DNA of 63,659 nucleotides, filler included, from Octopus bimaculoides (Eukaryota): the NCBI RefSeq assembly GCF_001194135.2. It is 3 parts of 3 records of this genome, joined end to end, with 100 filler letters (N's around TTAATTAATTAA, not from the genome) between each part and the next. Parts side by side here need not be neighbours in the genome. Positions count along the whole stretch, not along the records: positions 28,982 to 52,402 come from NC_068986.1; positions 52,503 to 63,659 come from NC_068993.1; 1 more part is not named here. The stretch is one strand, 5' to 3'. How positions within the stretch are numbered: the stretch's first letter is position 1; the number at the start of each line of letters is the position of its first letter. The notes below the pieces were generated by a model, which was not told where the DNA came from, searched no databases, and saw only the letters and a program-made list of their open reading frames with translations. Positions 49,802 through 63,129 of the stretch are shown here, one piece after another. Both the position numbers and the translations under genes were made by a program.

Positions 49802-52094
49802 TATTTAATATATTGAATTTGCGTAAGCTTCTGAAGGAACATTCATGTATTGTTGCACACATGACTGTACCAAAATAATCAGAAAATTAGAAAAAAAAAA
49901 ACTCTTATATTAACTCTTTTACATTTTATCCCCTTTTCCTATTATAAACACAAATTCATAGAAAATTTAATGTATACATTTATTTTAGTCAGAATAAAAA
50001 AAAACAATTTGAAAAAGTAAGGAACTGTATCTCGTAAAATATCTACAAGTACAGTCAGTATTAAATTAGAGACAACTATCATCGAAACAACGAAAGTATG
50101 TGGCCTGTAATCAACTACAGAAACATGATTCCTTCCTATTGATTGCTAAAACTGATCTAACGGGCCGGGCTCCACTACTAGCATCATCATAAAGCCTATC
50201 TGCTCCTGCTGAGCTAGTTGCAAGCCTTCACCTCTCGTCGCCAACTACTCAATAAATAAATAAATAAATACATAAACACGATAGTCACCTTCCCTTTACT
50301 TTCAACCATTTAGTTTGTATTTCTCTGCTCACTAATGTAGTTACACTCTCTTTCTTCACTTTCTGTCTCTCTAGTCTTCTCTCTCTACTCTTTCTCTACT
50401 TTATGATCTGCGACTGCTAGACAGCTACATAGACTTCCACCTCTTTTTCTCTGTATCTCTCACCTTTCATATATTTTTTGCTTGTTTCTCCTTACCCACC
50501 CGAACACATTTTCCTGTCTTTACCCTGGTCTTTCTATCTCTAAAGAAGTCTTTATTTTCTTTCCACCCTTTCCGCTCGCAATCTCTTCTTTGATCACCTT
50601 TAGTTACCACCTCCAGACTTCGGCTTTTTCTTACCGTCTACTACTTGATATCAAATTTCCAGTTTAGGTGACAGAATTTTCATTTCTGCCGGTGACAAGT
50701 CTTTGACTAAACAGATTCAGCTCAGAAACAAATCTTTCAAACATCTGCAACCCTGATGACTACCATCGTCAAACACTATTTGACAACAACAGCTTTACCG
50801 TTTTCTTAATGATTAATATTCATCAGCACGATAATAAACATGACCATAGCTAATCAAATATTTTGCCTAATTGAAATATGCACTTATACGGCTTATCAAA
50901 ATTGTCAGTTACTCTTGGGTTAACATAAATGCAGTCAGACGTATTTAGTGTACTAGCAGATATATGCAAATAACCTCTTCCTTTTAGCTTTCTCCTTCCC
51001 TCTCTGCTTTTTTTATTATTTTCATTCATCTACGTATCCGTACATGAAAACACGCATATATCGTTTTATAAGCTTCGAGTAACGGTCAGAATAAATGCTC
51101 CTATATAGGTGCCATACATTTTTTTCAGTTAAAATTGCATCGGAGTCAACCATCCCTGTATAAGAATATAAAACAATTATTACGACCCCCTGATCTTAAT
51201 CATTTACAGTGCATCATTTATTTTTTATGATGCTCTTACTTTTTTAATGTATTATTTTCTTCCTAGCGTGTCGTTTTTAATTCATGAACATATAACGTAC
51301 CTTTTTGACTGCCTAACAAGTTCCAGAGGCAAAGTGAGGCTTCAAAGGCACTTTTGGAATCCCCATTTTAATTAACAGGCATGTAAACCAGAAATAAATT
51401 TGCATCCCGGAGGTGGGGGAAGACCCATACTCACTTTAGTCCCGCCTTGCTATCGTCTCTTATCTATCAACACATTAAACAAAATACACGTCTAAGAAAG
51501 GTGGCGTGGTGAGCTTTTGGAAAGATATCAACATTTCAAATTCTTTTTAAACTTCTAAAAATTTTGGGGCACACCTGGAGAAAATATGAATCCTTACTAT
51601 GTATCCACTTTAGTATACGAAGTATAAAGGCAAGCTACGTCTGGAAATGGTTATATGGTTATACTACTATAGACTTGTAGATGCGGGCTTATGCTTGAAA
51701 TTAAGCTTGAATAGAGACAAGAATGAAAAAGCTTAAAGGAGGAATTATATTCTTTGATTAATTTAAGATTAGCCCTTCATTTTATTACTGTAATATATGC
51801 GTGTACACAACACAAACGCACAATGCAAGCTGTTAATTGTTATCATTTTGGGAGGAATCCTTTTCAACATCAATAACTAGGTGATAATACAAGTATCTAC
51901 ACAACTTCAAATGTGTATGTGTGTTTGTATGCATGTATGTGCGCGCGCACACGTGTGTGGAAATCTTTCGATATAAGTGGGTAACGTCATTCACGCAAGT
52001 AGCGTTCCCTCATGACATAGTTAAAGACGATAGGCTGAAAAAGAGAGTTAATGACGTTGTCTACTAATACTGAAAGATTTGCTATATATAAATA

Positions 52095-52320
52095 TGTATG
52101 TATGCATATATCTCGAGTGTCTTTGTGTCTCTGTTTGTGTCCCCCCCCTCCATTACCACTTGACAACCGGTGTTGGAGTGTTTACGTTCTTGTAACTTAG
52201 TGGTTCAACAAAAGACACCGATACAATAAGTACTAGGGTCAATTTGTTCAACTGAAACCCTTCACGGTGGAGCTTCATCATGGTTGCAGTTAAATGACAA
52301 AAAGAACAGAGAATAAAAGA
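52095..52320 (+). mobile_element. SINE family B 3' half
   Basis: CTGTTTGTGTCCCCC...CTTGACAACCGGTGTTGG...CATGGTTGCAGTTAAATGAC. Confidence 0.75.
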
Positions 52321-52359
52321 ATATATGTATGTGTACATTTATATATACATGTATATAAC

Positions 52360-52402
<43 letters not shown>

Positions 52403-52502
52403 NNNNNNNNNNNNNNNNNNNNNNNNNNNNNNNNNNNNNNNNNNNNTTAATTAATTAANNNNNNNNNNNNNNNNNNNNNNNNNNNNNNNNNNNNNNNNNN
52501 NN
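52403..52502. other. Artificial scaffold linker
   Basis: 44 N + TTAATTAATTAA + 44 N. Confidence 0.9.
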
Positions 52503-52730
52503 ACTTCAAACTTCATTTGTTTTCTATTTTGATAAATTCTCTCTGTTGAAAATTATATTTTTATATTTTAAATAATTTGCAATTTCAGGAAAATGTTTTT
52601 ATATTAAATTTGTGTTTTCTAATAATTGATAGATAGATACATAGTAGATAGATATCAGTAAGTAAGTAAGCCAAAGTATCAACTCAAACCAGCAGACAGA
52701 CAGACAGACAGACAGATAGCTCAGCACGCA

Positions 52731-52817
52731 AGCAGGCAGACAGGCCAGCAGCAGGCAAGCAGGCAGACAGGCCAGCAGCAGGCATGCAGGCAGACAGGCA
52801 AGCAGGCTGACAGACAG
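52731..52817. repeat. 27-bp minisatellite (AGCAGGCAGACAGGCCAGCAGCAGGCA) x2 plus partial units
   Basis: Two exact units at 52731-52784, derived from the adjacent (CAGA)n. Confidence 0.85.
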
Positions 52818-53188
52818 CGACTACTTTCACTTCTGACATCTAATAGCGTGATAGTGCCGAAAATCCTTTCGGTTTGACTTCGCGAGCGAAGATTTACGGA
52901 GGGAGATGTCTGTGTTTATTGCAGGCTTGCTAATGGCCGACGATGCCAGGCATTAAAAGTCACAGAAGCTCCTCCCCAGGAAAGCGTGTAAATAAAACAC
53001 GTTTTTATTAAGGGAAAAAGGATATAGACATATAAACTGGTATCTTCTTACACAATTTAAACAAAAAATCAAAACCAAAGTACCATTTATACGTCTTTAT
53101 GGGTAGATACGCATACACATATACACATGCACACACATACGCATACATTTTATTCTACATAAACTGGAACATATGTATTTAAAGATGC

Positions 53189-53225
<37 letters not shown>

Positions 53226-53475
53226 TGTATAGACATACATGCATCGGCTTTTATATGTATATGTATATACTTACTGATTTCAGGCCAGACATCAGAGTTG
53301 GGCTACGACAAATATTGCTGGTAAAATAAACATTCTTTCTACTGGAGCAACGATTACGCAGACAAGCAAGCGTACTATACTTAGTAAGCTCAGGAGACGT
53401 TTGCCCGACATATTGCCATAAATTTAACTGGCCAGTTAATTGTTTAAGCAATTTCGAAGAAGGGCAGTTAATTCA

Positions 53476-54123
53476 ATGAGTAATATTTGCTGCGTTTTTA
53501 TCTTTGAGAAAAAAAAAAACCCCAAAATTTTTACAAACGTTCTCTACCTTACAACAACTATATCAGCTAAGCAAATGACCTCTAAATGCATTAAAATCGC
53601 TACAACAGATTCAGAAGACTATTTCAGAATATCATCTCCGTTATCTTTGAGTATACAAAAGACAAATTTAGGTGTGGTAAAAAGAGGTGAAACGAAATAA
53701 GGTAAATTTACTTGTTCAATTCTTCAGAATTACATTTGAAAAACAAACTCATGCATATCAATAGTCATCAGAATGATCAGAAATACACCAAAAAGGAAAA
53801 GTATGCAGGTCAAATGAAAAAGAATCTTGGAAAAATAACATATGGTGTGAAATTAACGAAATTCGGTTAAATTTAAAAACTCAACATAAAATATTCTATA
53901 TAACTTCTGGATCTTCTGGAATAGTTCTCGTCCCAATATTTATACACCATGGAGTTAAAAGGAAAAAGATTATTGAAATTAGTCATTGCTCATTTTGTCC
54001 TACTTTAGACATCATATTTTGAAAATTGGAAAATTAACAAATTAGACATTAGTGTTAAGAAAAAATTGACTTGGAATCCAACAGAGAAAAGACTATTAAG
54101 TTTTAAACACCAAAAATTATCCA
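53476..54123 (+). pseudogene. Decayed ORF of unknown family, paralog 1
   Basis: Aligns to 61872-62474 starting at a shared ATG; see findings. Confidence 0.45.
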
Positions 54124-54855
54124 GATATTTTATTAACCATCTCAATTACAATCGGGCCAAAGTTGAGGAAAAATTTCTTGAAAAAATCGTATTTATCGCT
54201 TGACCATGTTTCAAACCATCTCAACTTCAAAACAACTATGCTTACCAACTTTTATTCTCAAGTCGAAAATGCAACAGTTGAAAATGATGATTCGCATTGT
54301 AATGGTTCCAAACAGGCAGAGAGAAAATAGCGGAAAATCAGAAATGACTGATTTTGCTCCAGGTGGATAAGATAAAAAAAACAAAGTACTTAGGGATCGA
54401 TGTAATCGATTCTCCCCTATTCTCAAAATTGCTGGCTTTAAGGTTTCCATACTAAAATTCATTGTAAGTCTAAAGAATAAAAAAAATGATAAAAAATAAA
54501 ATCTATTGTTGTTGTTTTAGTTTCAGGTCAGCCTTGATTAGGAAGGCCTAACACTAAATGGGTTCTAATTGCGATTACACTATCTTTCAGTGTATCTGTG
54601 ATTACTTTATCGAATGTTTCCTCTCATTCTAAAAGTCGGCTGTTGGATATAATGAAATGCGGTTGCTATGACATGGTTCCCCATTCGCTCTCTCCCACTT
54701 CCTCAATACATACATACATACATACATACATACATTTATACATACATACATACATACATACACACATACATACAAACAAACAAATAAACAAACAAACAAA
54801 ACTTTACGGCGACTCTTCACATGAAGCTCTTGAAAGAAGGTTAATTACTCTAAAG

Positions 54856-55151
54856 CAGGGGTTTTCAAACTTTTTGACTTGCGGACCCCTTTATATTTCA
54901 GGCTTTACCTTAGGGACCCCCCATATAAACGCTTATGAAATTTATACATAAATATTTGCTTAAAATAACATATTTTTACATTTATTTATTTAACAGTATT
55001 TAACAAATAGGTTTATTGTCAATTAAAAGATTTCGATTAAAAAACATATATAAAATCAAATTGCCCATAAAAAGTATTTGCTGTCTCCGGACCCCCTGTC
55101 TTGTCCTTGCGGACCCCCTGTGGTCCGCGGACCACAGTTTGAAAACCCCTG
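54856..55151. mobile_element. hAT/Charlie-type MITE (296 bp)
   Basis: Perfect 16-bp TIRs CAGGGGTTTTCAAACT; 8-bp TSD CTCTAAAG/ATCTAAAG; subterminal GGACCCC repeats. Confidence 0.9.
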
Positions 55152-55174
55152 ATCTAAAGCACAAACTCAGGGCG

Positions 55175-56524
55175 CTGAGCGAAAATTTTCACTACCGCAG
55201 GCGAATGTTTGAGCGAGCCCGTATAAATGACAAATTTGCTTCTAAGTCAGAGACTGTATACAGATAGACAAGGAAGGGAAATATTACCGTTCAGAAAGTC
55301 CCCTCTCAAGATCTTGAATCAGTTGGGTTGAAAGTCTGGAACGAAAAGAAGGATTTCCCCTTTAATATATCATGGCTAAATGTAGTTAGGTGAGAATGTA
55401 CCAACGTCACCAGTAAAACATATGTAATTGACCAGGAACTTCAATGATAGCTGTAGGCAAACTGTGTAATTGGAAGACACCTGCAAGGGTTCTAACATTT
55501 GGATACTGGTACAAAATGCTGACATTTCACCAAAAACCACTAATTTGTATATTCAAAAGCACTAAAAAAGGTCAGACTGACGGCTAAGAATGAAAGCACC
55601 GAGTTGCCAGAAAACTATAGGCCCCATTGCTTAAGCTGTCAGAAACAATACCACCAGGGTCATTGTGAGTTCAATAGCATAGCGACTGAGGAGCAGACAA
55701 GTGGAAAGAAACTAGTGTGGGGATGTACCAAACAGTAGGAGCCTTGAAAAGGTATGGATTGATTATAATAGGAAGGCATATGACTCTATTCCCCACTCAT
55801 GGCAGCTCAAGTGCCTCTTACCTTAATTTCCGCTACTGAGTGACTCACAAAGGCTCAAGTAGCAATTCTTTAGCAATTCTTACAAATAGGACTGAGAGCG
55901 GAAATGTTATTAATATTTCAAAGGGAATATTTCAAGGAGGTAGTCTTTCTGTAATTCTGTTCATTTTGGCATCAAATTCATTATCTCATTACTATTACAA
56001 AAATCAAATGGCTCTGCAACTGCTAGAGATATTAATGTAACAGGTAATTGTTTTGTGGATGACAGCAAGATTTATGCTAAAAATGTTAACCATACAAACA
56101 AAAAATAAATAAATAAAACAGCTGGGACTAATAACATTTTTCAGTTGACATCAGAATGGAATTTAGCCAGACGAAATGCTCATATTTGATTGTTGAACAT
56201 AGAAGATCAATTCCCCTGGCTCAGAACCTGTGCATGAATGGCCTCACCATCTCTCCTGTCCCACACAAAGAATTCTATAAGCACCTAGGCATAAATGAAA
56301 ACTTATGCGAAGATATTTGGAATAAAGATAGAATAACCGGAGAATATTGTGCCAGTCTTAGAAAAATACGGCAGTCGGAAATCTGTTCGTACAGTAAGAC
56401 AATATCCTACGATGCATTTTCAGTACCCGTGCTGATTTCGACATTTGGAATCCTTGACTGGTCTGTAGAGGAAATCCACTTCATAGACGTTAAATTCCGG
56501 AAGATACTGACATTAACTGGAAGC
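55175..56524 (+). pseudogene. R4/Dong-clade LINE RT fragment
   Basis: ENYRPI, WIDY..KAYDSIPHSW, ISKGIFQGGSLS.ILF, FVDDSKIYAK, DIRMEFSQTKC, YKHLGINE, VPVLISTFGILDWS.EEI..IDVKFRKILTLTGS. Confidence 0.85.
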
Positions 56525-56561
56525 ATAGAAATAGTGACACCCCCCCACACACACACACACA

Positions 56562-57169
56562 CAGGGTATTCAAAAAGTCTCTCCGCAGGGAATCGTTTCA
56601 TCCTGCGCATGCGCAATTTGGCAATTTGGCTATCACTGCGTGGGCGGCCAGGTGTCAGTCACTGTGTACCTTTCAGCGTTTCGACATACCATTGAAGAAC
56701 GTACGTTTTTAGTTGAATGAGTGTTTCGAGCTGGAAACAAATACACAGATACTGTGAAACAGAAGTTCAGTGAAACTTTTCCAAATACAGCTGTTCTACA
56801 TTATGACACTGTGCAGGATTTAATGAGAAAAGTTAGAAACACAGGCTCAGTGGAAGACGCAGCAAGAAGCGGTAGGTCTACTGTCCTTTCAGACGAAACA
56901 CTCTCCAATATTTCTGATAAACTGTTGACAAGCTCGTCAAAGTCCTTACGCAAATTGTCACAGGAAACGGAAATCAACCTAGGAAGTGCTCACACGGCAG
57001 TAAAAAAGAAATTTAATTTTGTGCATTGAAAATGAAGGACGACACATTCAACACTTATAAAGTTTTTAAAAGTCTTGTAAAGTCTAATATATTCTTTTGT
57101 AGTCTTATACCATCTTATAAATATTTTGCAATAAAATACTTATTATGGAGAGACTTTCTGACCACCATG
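56562..57169 (+). mobile_element. Internally deleted Tc1/mariner-superfamily element (DUF4817-like HTH N-terminus)
   Basis: TIRs CA(G/T)GGT..TCA(A/G)AAAGTCTCTCC. YTIEERTFLVE*VFR...FSETFP...TGSVEDAARSGR is joined directly to C-terminal CIENEGRHIQHL*, so the catalytic DDD/E domain is missing. Confidence 0.8.
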
Positions 57170-57197
57170 TGTGTGTGTGTGTATATATATATATGAA

Positions 57198-57320
57198 GGT
57201 GCATGGTTCAGTGGTTAAAGTGTTGCACTCGCGATTGTGATATCGTGGGTTCGATTCCCAGACCGGGCGTTGCATTGTGCTGTGTTCTTGAGCAAAGCAC
57301 TTTATTTCACGTTGCTCTAA
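57198..57320 (+). mobile_element. SINE family C head (tRNA-like)
   Basis: A box TGGTTCAGTGGT, B box GGTTCGATTCC, then TTGAGCAAAGCACTTTATTTCACGTTGCTC. Confidence 0.75.
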
Positions 57321-57334
57321 CGACAGGAGAAACC

Positions 57335-57373
<39 letters not shown>

Positions 57374-58631
57374 TTCAATGAAACAAAGTATTATTTGTTC
57401 CGGGCATAAAACAGTAGGTCATATACTACTGTAAGGAGAGAAAGTTTTGCTGCATCTCATTCCACTTACCATAAATAATTAAATCTCCCTCAAGTCACAC
57501 CATGTAGTCTTAAAAAAGAAGATGATGTACTGTAGGAGTCTATATGTATTTACTGCACATAGAATTTTCTGTGTTGGTCTTTGAATGAAGAATACAATCA
57601 AATTTATACATAGTGAGAGAGACGAATTCTATAGTGTATGACAAAATAGCTAGTACGTATAGATCTGTGATGATGCTGTCTCAACTGGCGAAATATCTCG
57701 TTAATACATGACTGTAATCTTTACCTTTAAACTGTACGGATGGAGAATGGAAACATGATGAGTATGAAGTTGCTAAGACAACTGTTCGGCATTCTGTATA
57801 TGAAAACGACTGGAGAGGGAAAATGAGAATGGAGTTGTCACCGTAACAAACTCAATATTCTGTGTTAAGAAGTGAGACGTATGAGTGAGTCGATCGGTCT
57901 CAACAGTCTGCGCAAATATCTTTGACAAGAGTGGAGGCGCATTTCGCTGAGTCGCCTTCAGCATTCTGTAAAGAGTTTTGGCGCAAAAAGTGGCTTTATA
58001 TAAGACTCAATAAGAAAGTCCTTGAAAGTTAAATCACATAATGGCTCGACATTATATGGTCGGTCATTTGGTCGATCACATGAAATTACTGTGATTATAA
58101 GCTGTGACGCTTACACGGCTATGCAGCGATTCGGTTTCGAATCTGCTGCAAAGGACATTAACAAATGTAGTTCCGGATACTTTCTATCTGAATAAAAGAT
58201 TCGATCGACAGAAATGAAACGCCTTTGAATACTGGTTTTGGGACCAGGGCTGGCTTGTGGAAGTCAAGAAGAAAAACTAATTTTTTTTCTCGCTCAGTAG
58301 AGAGGCTCTAAATCATTCAAGCGAAAAGATCAGGAAGGCATGATGCTTAAATATTTCCCAAGGGAACTCGTGTTGTAAGTGAAAGCATTTTTAAAAGCGA
58401 CTTGTAATCGAGTTACAGTTTCTTGCTACAAAGCACTGCTGAGAACGTACAAACGTGAAAGTGATGCTGCTGTGGTGTAATAGAAAACTTGTTGTGCTTG
58501 AGACCTATAGTGAACCCAATAAATGGTGATAGTTCGAAGAACTGGTAGTCATACAACTAATGACTACTACATCTTTGAGCTAACGATGGTTTTCCTTCAA
58601 AGAGTTTTCGATGCTAATATAAAGGGTTTAA

Positions 58632-58842
58632 TCCTTTAACATTCAAACCGACCAAATTCATCCCAAATATCCTACCCGTTTTACGTTGAATTTGGTCAGA
58701 TTCAGCCTCTCACACCTACTCTACAATGTCATTCTAAACGAGCAATCACACCATGAATATCTTGAAGCTAATGTGTGACTAATTCAAAACAATGTGAATA
58801 AATAAGCTTTACATTTGACAGAGTAATCTGAATGTTAAAAGG
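58632..58842. mobile_element. piggyBac-like TTAA MITE (third copy)
   Basis: TTAA|TCCTTTAACATTCA...TGAATGTTAAAAGG|TTAA; aligns to 46320-46537. Confidence 0.8.
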
Positions 58843-59384
58843 TTAATATAATTTTATTTCCTTACCATACACAAGTCCTTTGTATTCACAATGAATATGA
58901 ACACAATTTTGAAAACAATGTTATAGATATAAGTTCCATCTTAGCCTGTGTAAGAAATTACTTATATTAAGGTATCTAAGTCATTGTTTTCTGAGCAGCA
59001 TCATATGATACGTCGTAAAAGCAGCTTGATAATAAAATATTTTCTAACGTTTAACCATCAATTTGACAATTATTTCATAACAATCCAAAGGCAAGTTATC
59101 CGTGAAATATGTGTTGGTAAATTAGTTTATATTATACATGGAAGTAGTTGCGACTGAGTGGTTAGAAATTTTGCGTTGCAATCATGATATTACGGATTCA
59201 AATCTTACTACATAGTATCTTAAGCAAGTACCGTCTACTATAAACTTATGAAAAGAAAAGAAAATGTCCCTGAGCGTCATTGTAAGGCTTGTTTGATTAC
59301 ACTTCTCACTCGCAGTGAGTTTCCTTTTTCATATTTTTGATATAACAGTGATGTTCATTGATGGCGTTTGTGTATGCATTCAAT

Positions 59385-60062
59385 AACAGGGAGATTTTCA
59401 ATATTTATTCTTGGACAGACTTTTTTCCGAATGGCATTTACAACTTCGTGACGCATAGAGGTATCACCTTGACATTTTTGGGAGCTGCTAATCACAAGGG
59501 TGATGTCTTCCGCAGAAATATGACATAACCTACGGTTGCATTTTGGACCTCCAAGGGCTTCCCTGTCACTTCTGTTTATTAGGGTATTTCGTAGTAATCT
59601 CTTGCTCTTGGACTGCCAATGTATAGCCTTCGAATTGTGATATAATATAGCAGGCGTGAGTCCAAGAGAGGCTTCGCATCATGTCGATATTATTTCAAGC
59701 GTTCGAGAAACTTACTGATGCATAGTCTTGTTTTAAGTATGCTGAGCGTTTCAGATCCAGGTTTCCTTCGAGGTATGTTAATCAAGCTGCTTTGAGGCTA
59801 TATAAGACGTCATCAGAAAGAGCGTGTTTCCTGAGGAGCCCCCTTTTCCAACTTTTTTGGATATTGTTCTCTTATATATATATAAAGTTTAAGGAATGGA
59901 GTACATAAGATTCGGGCTACATACGTTTCATAGCGAGCGGAACTTTGGAAGTGGTAAATATCCAAGCGAGGTGTATATCGCAGGCTACACTTCAGGCCAA
60001 GGATATCTTGATTAAATGAAAGTTTACATTGTTGCAAGAAGGTACTTGTTAACGCATGGAAG
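59385..60062 (-). pseudogene. R4/Dong-clade LINE C-terminal fragment (CCHC region)
   Basis: SLSWT...SQFEGYTLAVQEQEITTKY...CNRRLCHISAEDITLVISSS...MRHEVV...RKKVCP. Confidence 0.75.
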
Positions 60063-60404
60063 TTTCAATTCTGATTAGCCTTAGAAAGTACGTGTTTCAA
60101 AAAAATGCTATGCAGTAGGATGAAACTTTGGACAATATATTTATGAAGCAAACTTTTAGCGTCACCAATATCCCTAAGCAATGGTTTAAAAAATGAGAAA
60201 GACGATATAATAAGCTATTTTTCCAAATGATTTCTCACAGAGAATGATATCAATTCCAATGATGTATTTACAAGTTTCTAGCAATAATTTGGACGTATTA
60301 TGATATTGGTAAGCGTTAATTTGATAAATGTCACCGTTTATTTTGATTCATGACAGATACTATATGTATTTTTTTTCTTTTCTAGCACAGACACAAGAAC
60401 TAAC

Positions 60405-60545
60405 ATTTTTGAGGGTGTATTTAGTCAGTTAGATCGATCTCAGTACTTTATTGGTACTTTATCTAACTGATCCCGATAAGTAGAAATGTAAGGCCGACCT
60501 GGGCTGTATCCAAACTCAGAATGGTGCAAAGTATTCTATCCGAGG
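60405..60545 (-). mobile_element. Degraded SINE family A copy
   Basis: GATCGATCTCAGTAC...TGGTACTTTAT...AAGGCCGACCT...AACTCAGAA. Confidence 0.6.
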
Positions 60546-61871
60546 CTGAAATGACAAAGCCAACCTATAGCCCTGATAAATATTGAAACGTGCAAAATCT
60601 AATCCATATCTCAATTTATCGCCCGTGATTAATTTCACAATTCGATCCAGGGGAAATAATAACATAGGGGTATAAAGAAACAAAAGTTATCTCCCTTGAA
60701 ATTATCCACTTTTTGTCTTCATAGTGGCGGAGAAGTTAGCTTTCGATACCTTAATTTAGTTAGCAGCAGTAGTTGTTGCTGTTTTCATCTTAGCTAACCC
60801 AGCACTGCTTCAGTTATCGCCAACTCATCTTTTGCATATCTGAGGCAACATTCTAAAATGTAATAGTCCTTTTTAAGACGATGCAATGTGATCAAAAGGA
60901 GAGGTAGCTGCTACTTAATTGAGCAGCATATATGTAACAAAGATAGTATATGAATTAGTCGATTAAGCCAAAACAGCTCCATTACTTGATGCTATTCATT
61001 TTTCTTTTCAATTGCAGAAGAAGTCCTACAAGGAATTTTGGCCTAAGTTCAACTATTTTGCTCATTCGGTCTTTTCCTATTAACTAGTATACTTTTATTA
61101 TGACATTAACTGTCATTAGTTGTTCATATAAAATTGTTAGAGGAAGTTTCGTTTCTATTGTCTAAGTACTTACTAAGCTTTACAAAACACATCTACTTTT
61201 CGTCTGTTATTATAAACGATTCTTCAAATAAAACTGTTTCCCAATCTATTATACCCCAAACCTCACTATAACTTCCCAGAATAATGGACACTTCACCAGT
61301 GGTTGGTAAAAATGTATAAGTGTTGTATCTTTGCTAAGAAAAAACGATTTTTACAAATCCATGTCCCACTAGACAAAAAAAACAAAAAAACAAAAAAAAA
61401 AAAGAAAAACATATTGGATCCGAAGCTCTACCACAATTTTCTCAAGCCCCACGTTGAGAATCACTAACATAAAACATCATTACCATGGTGTCTACTGCTT
61501 GTTTACTCGTTCCGTGAGCGAAAGGCAAGTTTCGATTTTATGTTTCTAAAGCAGTGAATTGTAACATAGCAAAGAAATTCAAGATATACTCAGTGTAGAT
61601 GTTATTTAATTCACTCAGATCAGTCGTTATTTGTTAAATTAATTAATTTATTTTTGCAACTAAACTTTATTTAATATCATAGATTGGCGCTTCGCGATTT
61701 CAGCAAACATAGCTTTCAATAATAAACGTGCAGACCTTCTGTTTCAATTATATCTGATTGACTGGGAATCTGTTAATCAGAAATATTAACAATTCACTTA
61801 ATGAAGAAAACATTAATTTTATAAGACATAAGTGTGCGCCCAGAGTATTTTATTAGGATGTGTGTGGTACA

Positions 61872-62998
61872 ATGAGTAAGATTTACTGCATTTTTGACTT
61901 TGAGTACGAAAACTATATCAACTAAACAAATGACCTTCTCTAAATGCGTTAAAAACACTGTAACATTTAGAATACTATTTCAAAAAATTATAAGTATACA
62001 AAGGACAAATTTGGGTGGGGCAAAATGAGCAGGACAAAGTAAGTCAAATTTGCTCCTCCGTTCTTCCAGAATTACATTTGAAAAGAAACTCATTCACCTC
62101 AATATCCATCCTTAAACATCAGAAAAGTTAGGAATGCAACAAAAACCGAGAAACATCAATGTCAAATGAAAGAGGGTCATGAAAAAATGGCACATGATAT
62201 GAAGTTAACGAAACTCGACTGAATCTAGAATCTCAACATAAAGTATTCTGTAAAGCGTCTTCACAATCTCCTGGACCGGTTCTCTTTCCAATATGTTAAC
62301 ATACCATACAGTTAAGAAGAAAAAATTTTCAAATTAGTCATTACTCATCTTGCTCCACTTTAGACATCAGTTTTTGGAAACTGATGATCATCAAATTAAA
62401 CGTTAGTGTGGTAAAAATCGACTTGGAATCCAACAGAGAAAAGAATTTTGATTGTCAAACATAAAAAATATCCCCGGTACACATTTGATCAGTTTCTAAA
62501 GGCTATTAATGAGGTAAGAGTCCCAATTATAGAAGAAGTTTTGAAACATTTTGATGTTTTGGCTGTAGTAAAAAAACAAAAGGAATATTGATCAAATAAT
62601 GGGAAATATAGAAAACAAGTTTAGAACAGATTTTATCTTCAGTTTAACGAAAATTTAGAAGAATTTGAAGAGCCAGTAGCAATTGTTAGAAATGAACAGA
62701 AGCGACTGTTGATATTGGTAAACTGATAATGGAGAATTAGTCGAAAAGACAAAGAAGAAGATATAGTAATGAAAGCTCATGTGCATTCCTTGACTTCTAA
62801 AGGGCTCGCCTGAAACTTTTCCCATATTCAAAAAGGATATGGGAATTTTAAATCTCAAGATTAAAATTTTTAACGAGATAGAAAAGTTGTTGCAGGTCTA
62901 AGTTTATCTCAATTTTACTGTTGTGAAATTTATGAAGAAAAGACAGTATTGGACACAAGTAATTCTTCTACTTCAAGCGAACCAAATACGAACGTCTA
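61872..62998 (+). pseudogene. Decayed ORF of unknown family, paralog 2 (longer)
   Basis: Aligns to 53476-54123; a stop-interrupted frame appears to continue beyond the shared region to about 62998. Confidence 0.45.
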
Positions 62999-63129
62999 AT
63001 TCACATTGTGTGGAAAACATAGTACGAACAACAAGAGACACGGATTGATGAATAAAAGTCCAGATTGATGAATAAAAATCCTAATGCAGTTCTCTGCTTT
63101 AGAATCTGAAATGTAAAATATTCTTTACC

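Noticed and set aside
57198-57270. tRNA-like sequence (also 812, 3624, 13350, 42370)
   Set aside because: A and B boxes are present but run into SINE bodies without a proper acceptor stem; these are SINE heads, not tRNA genes.
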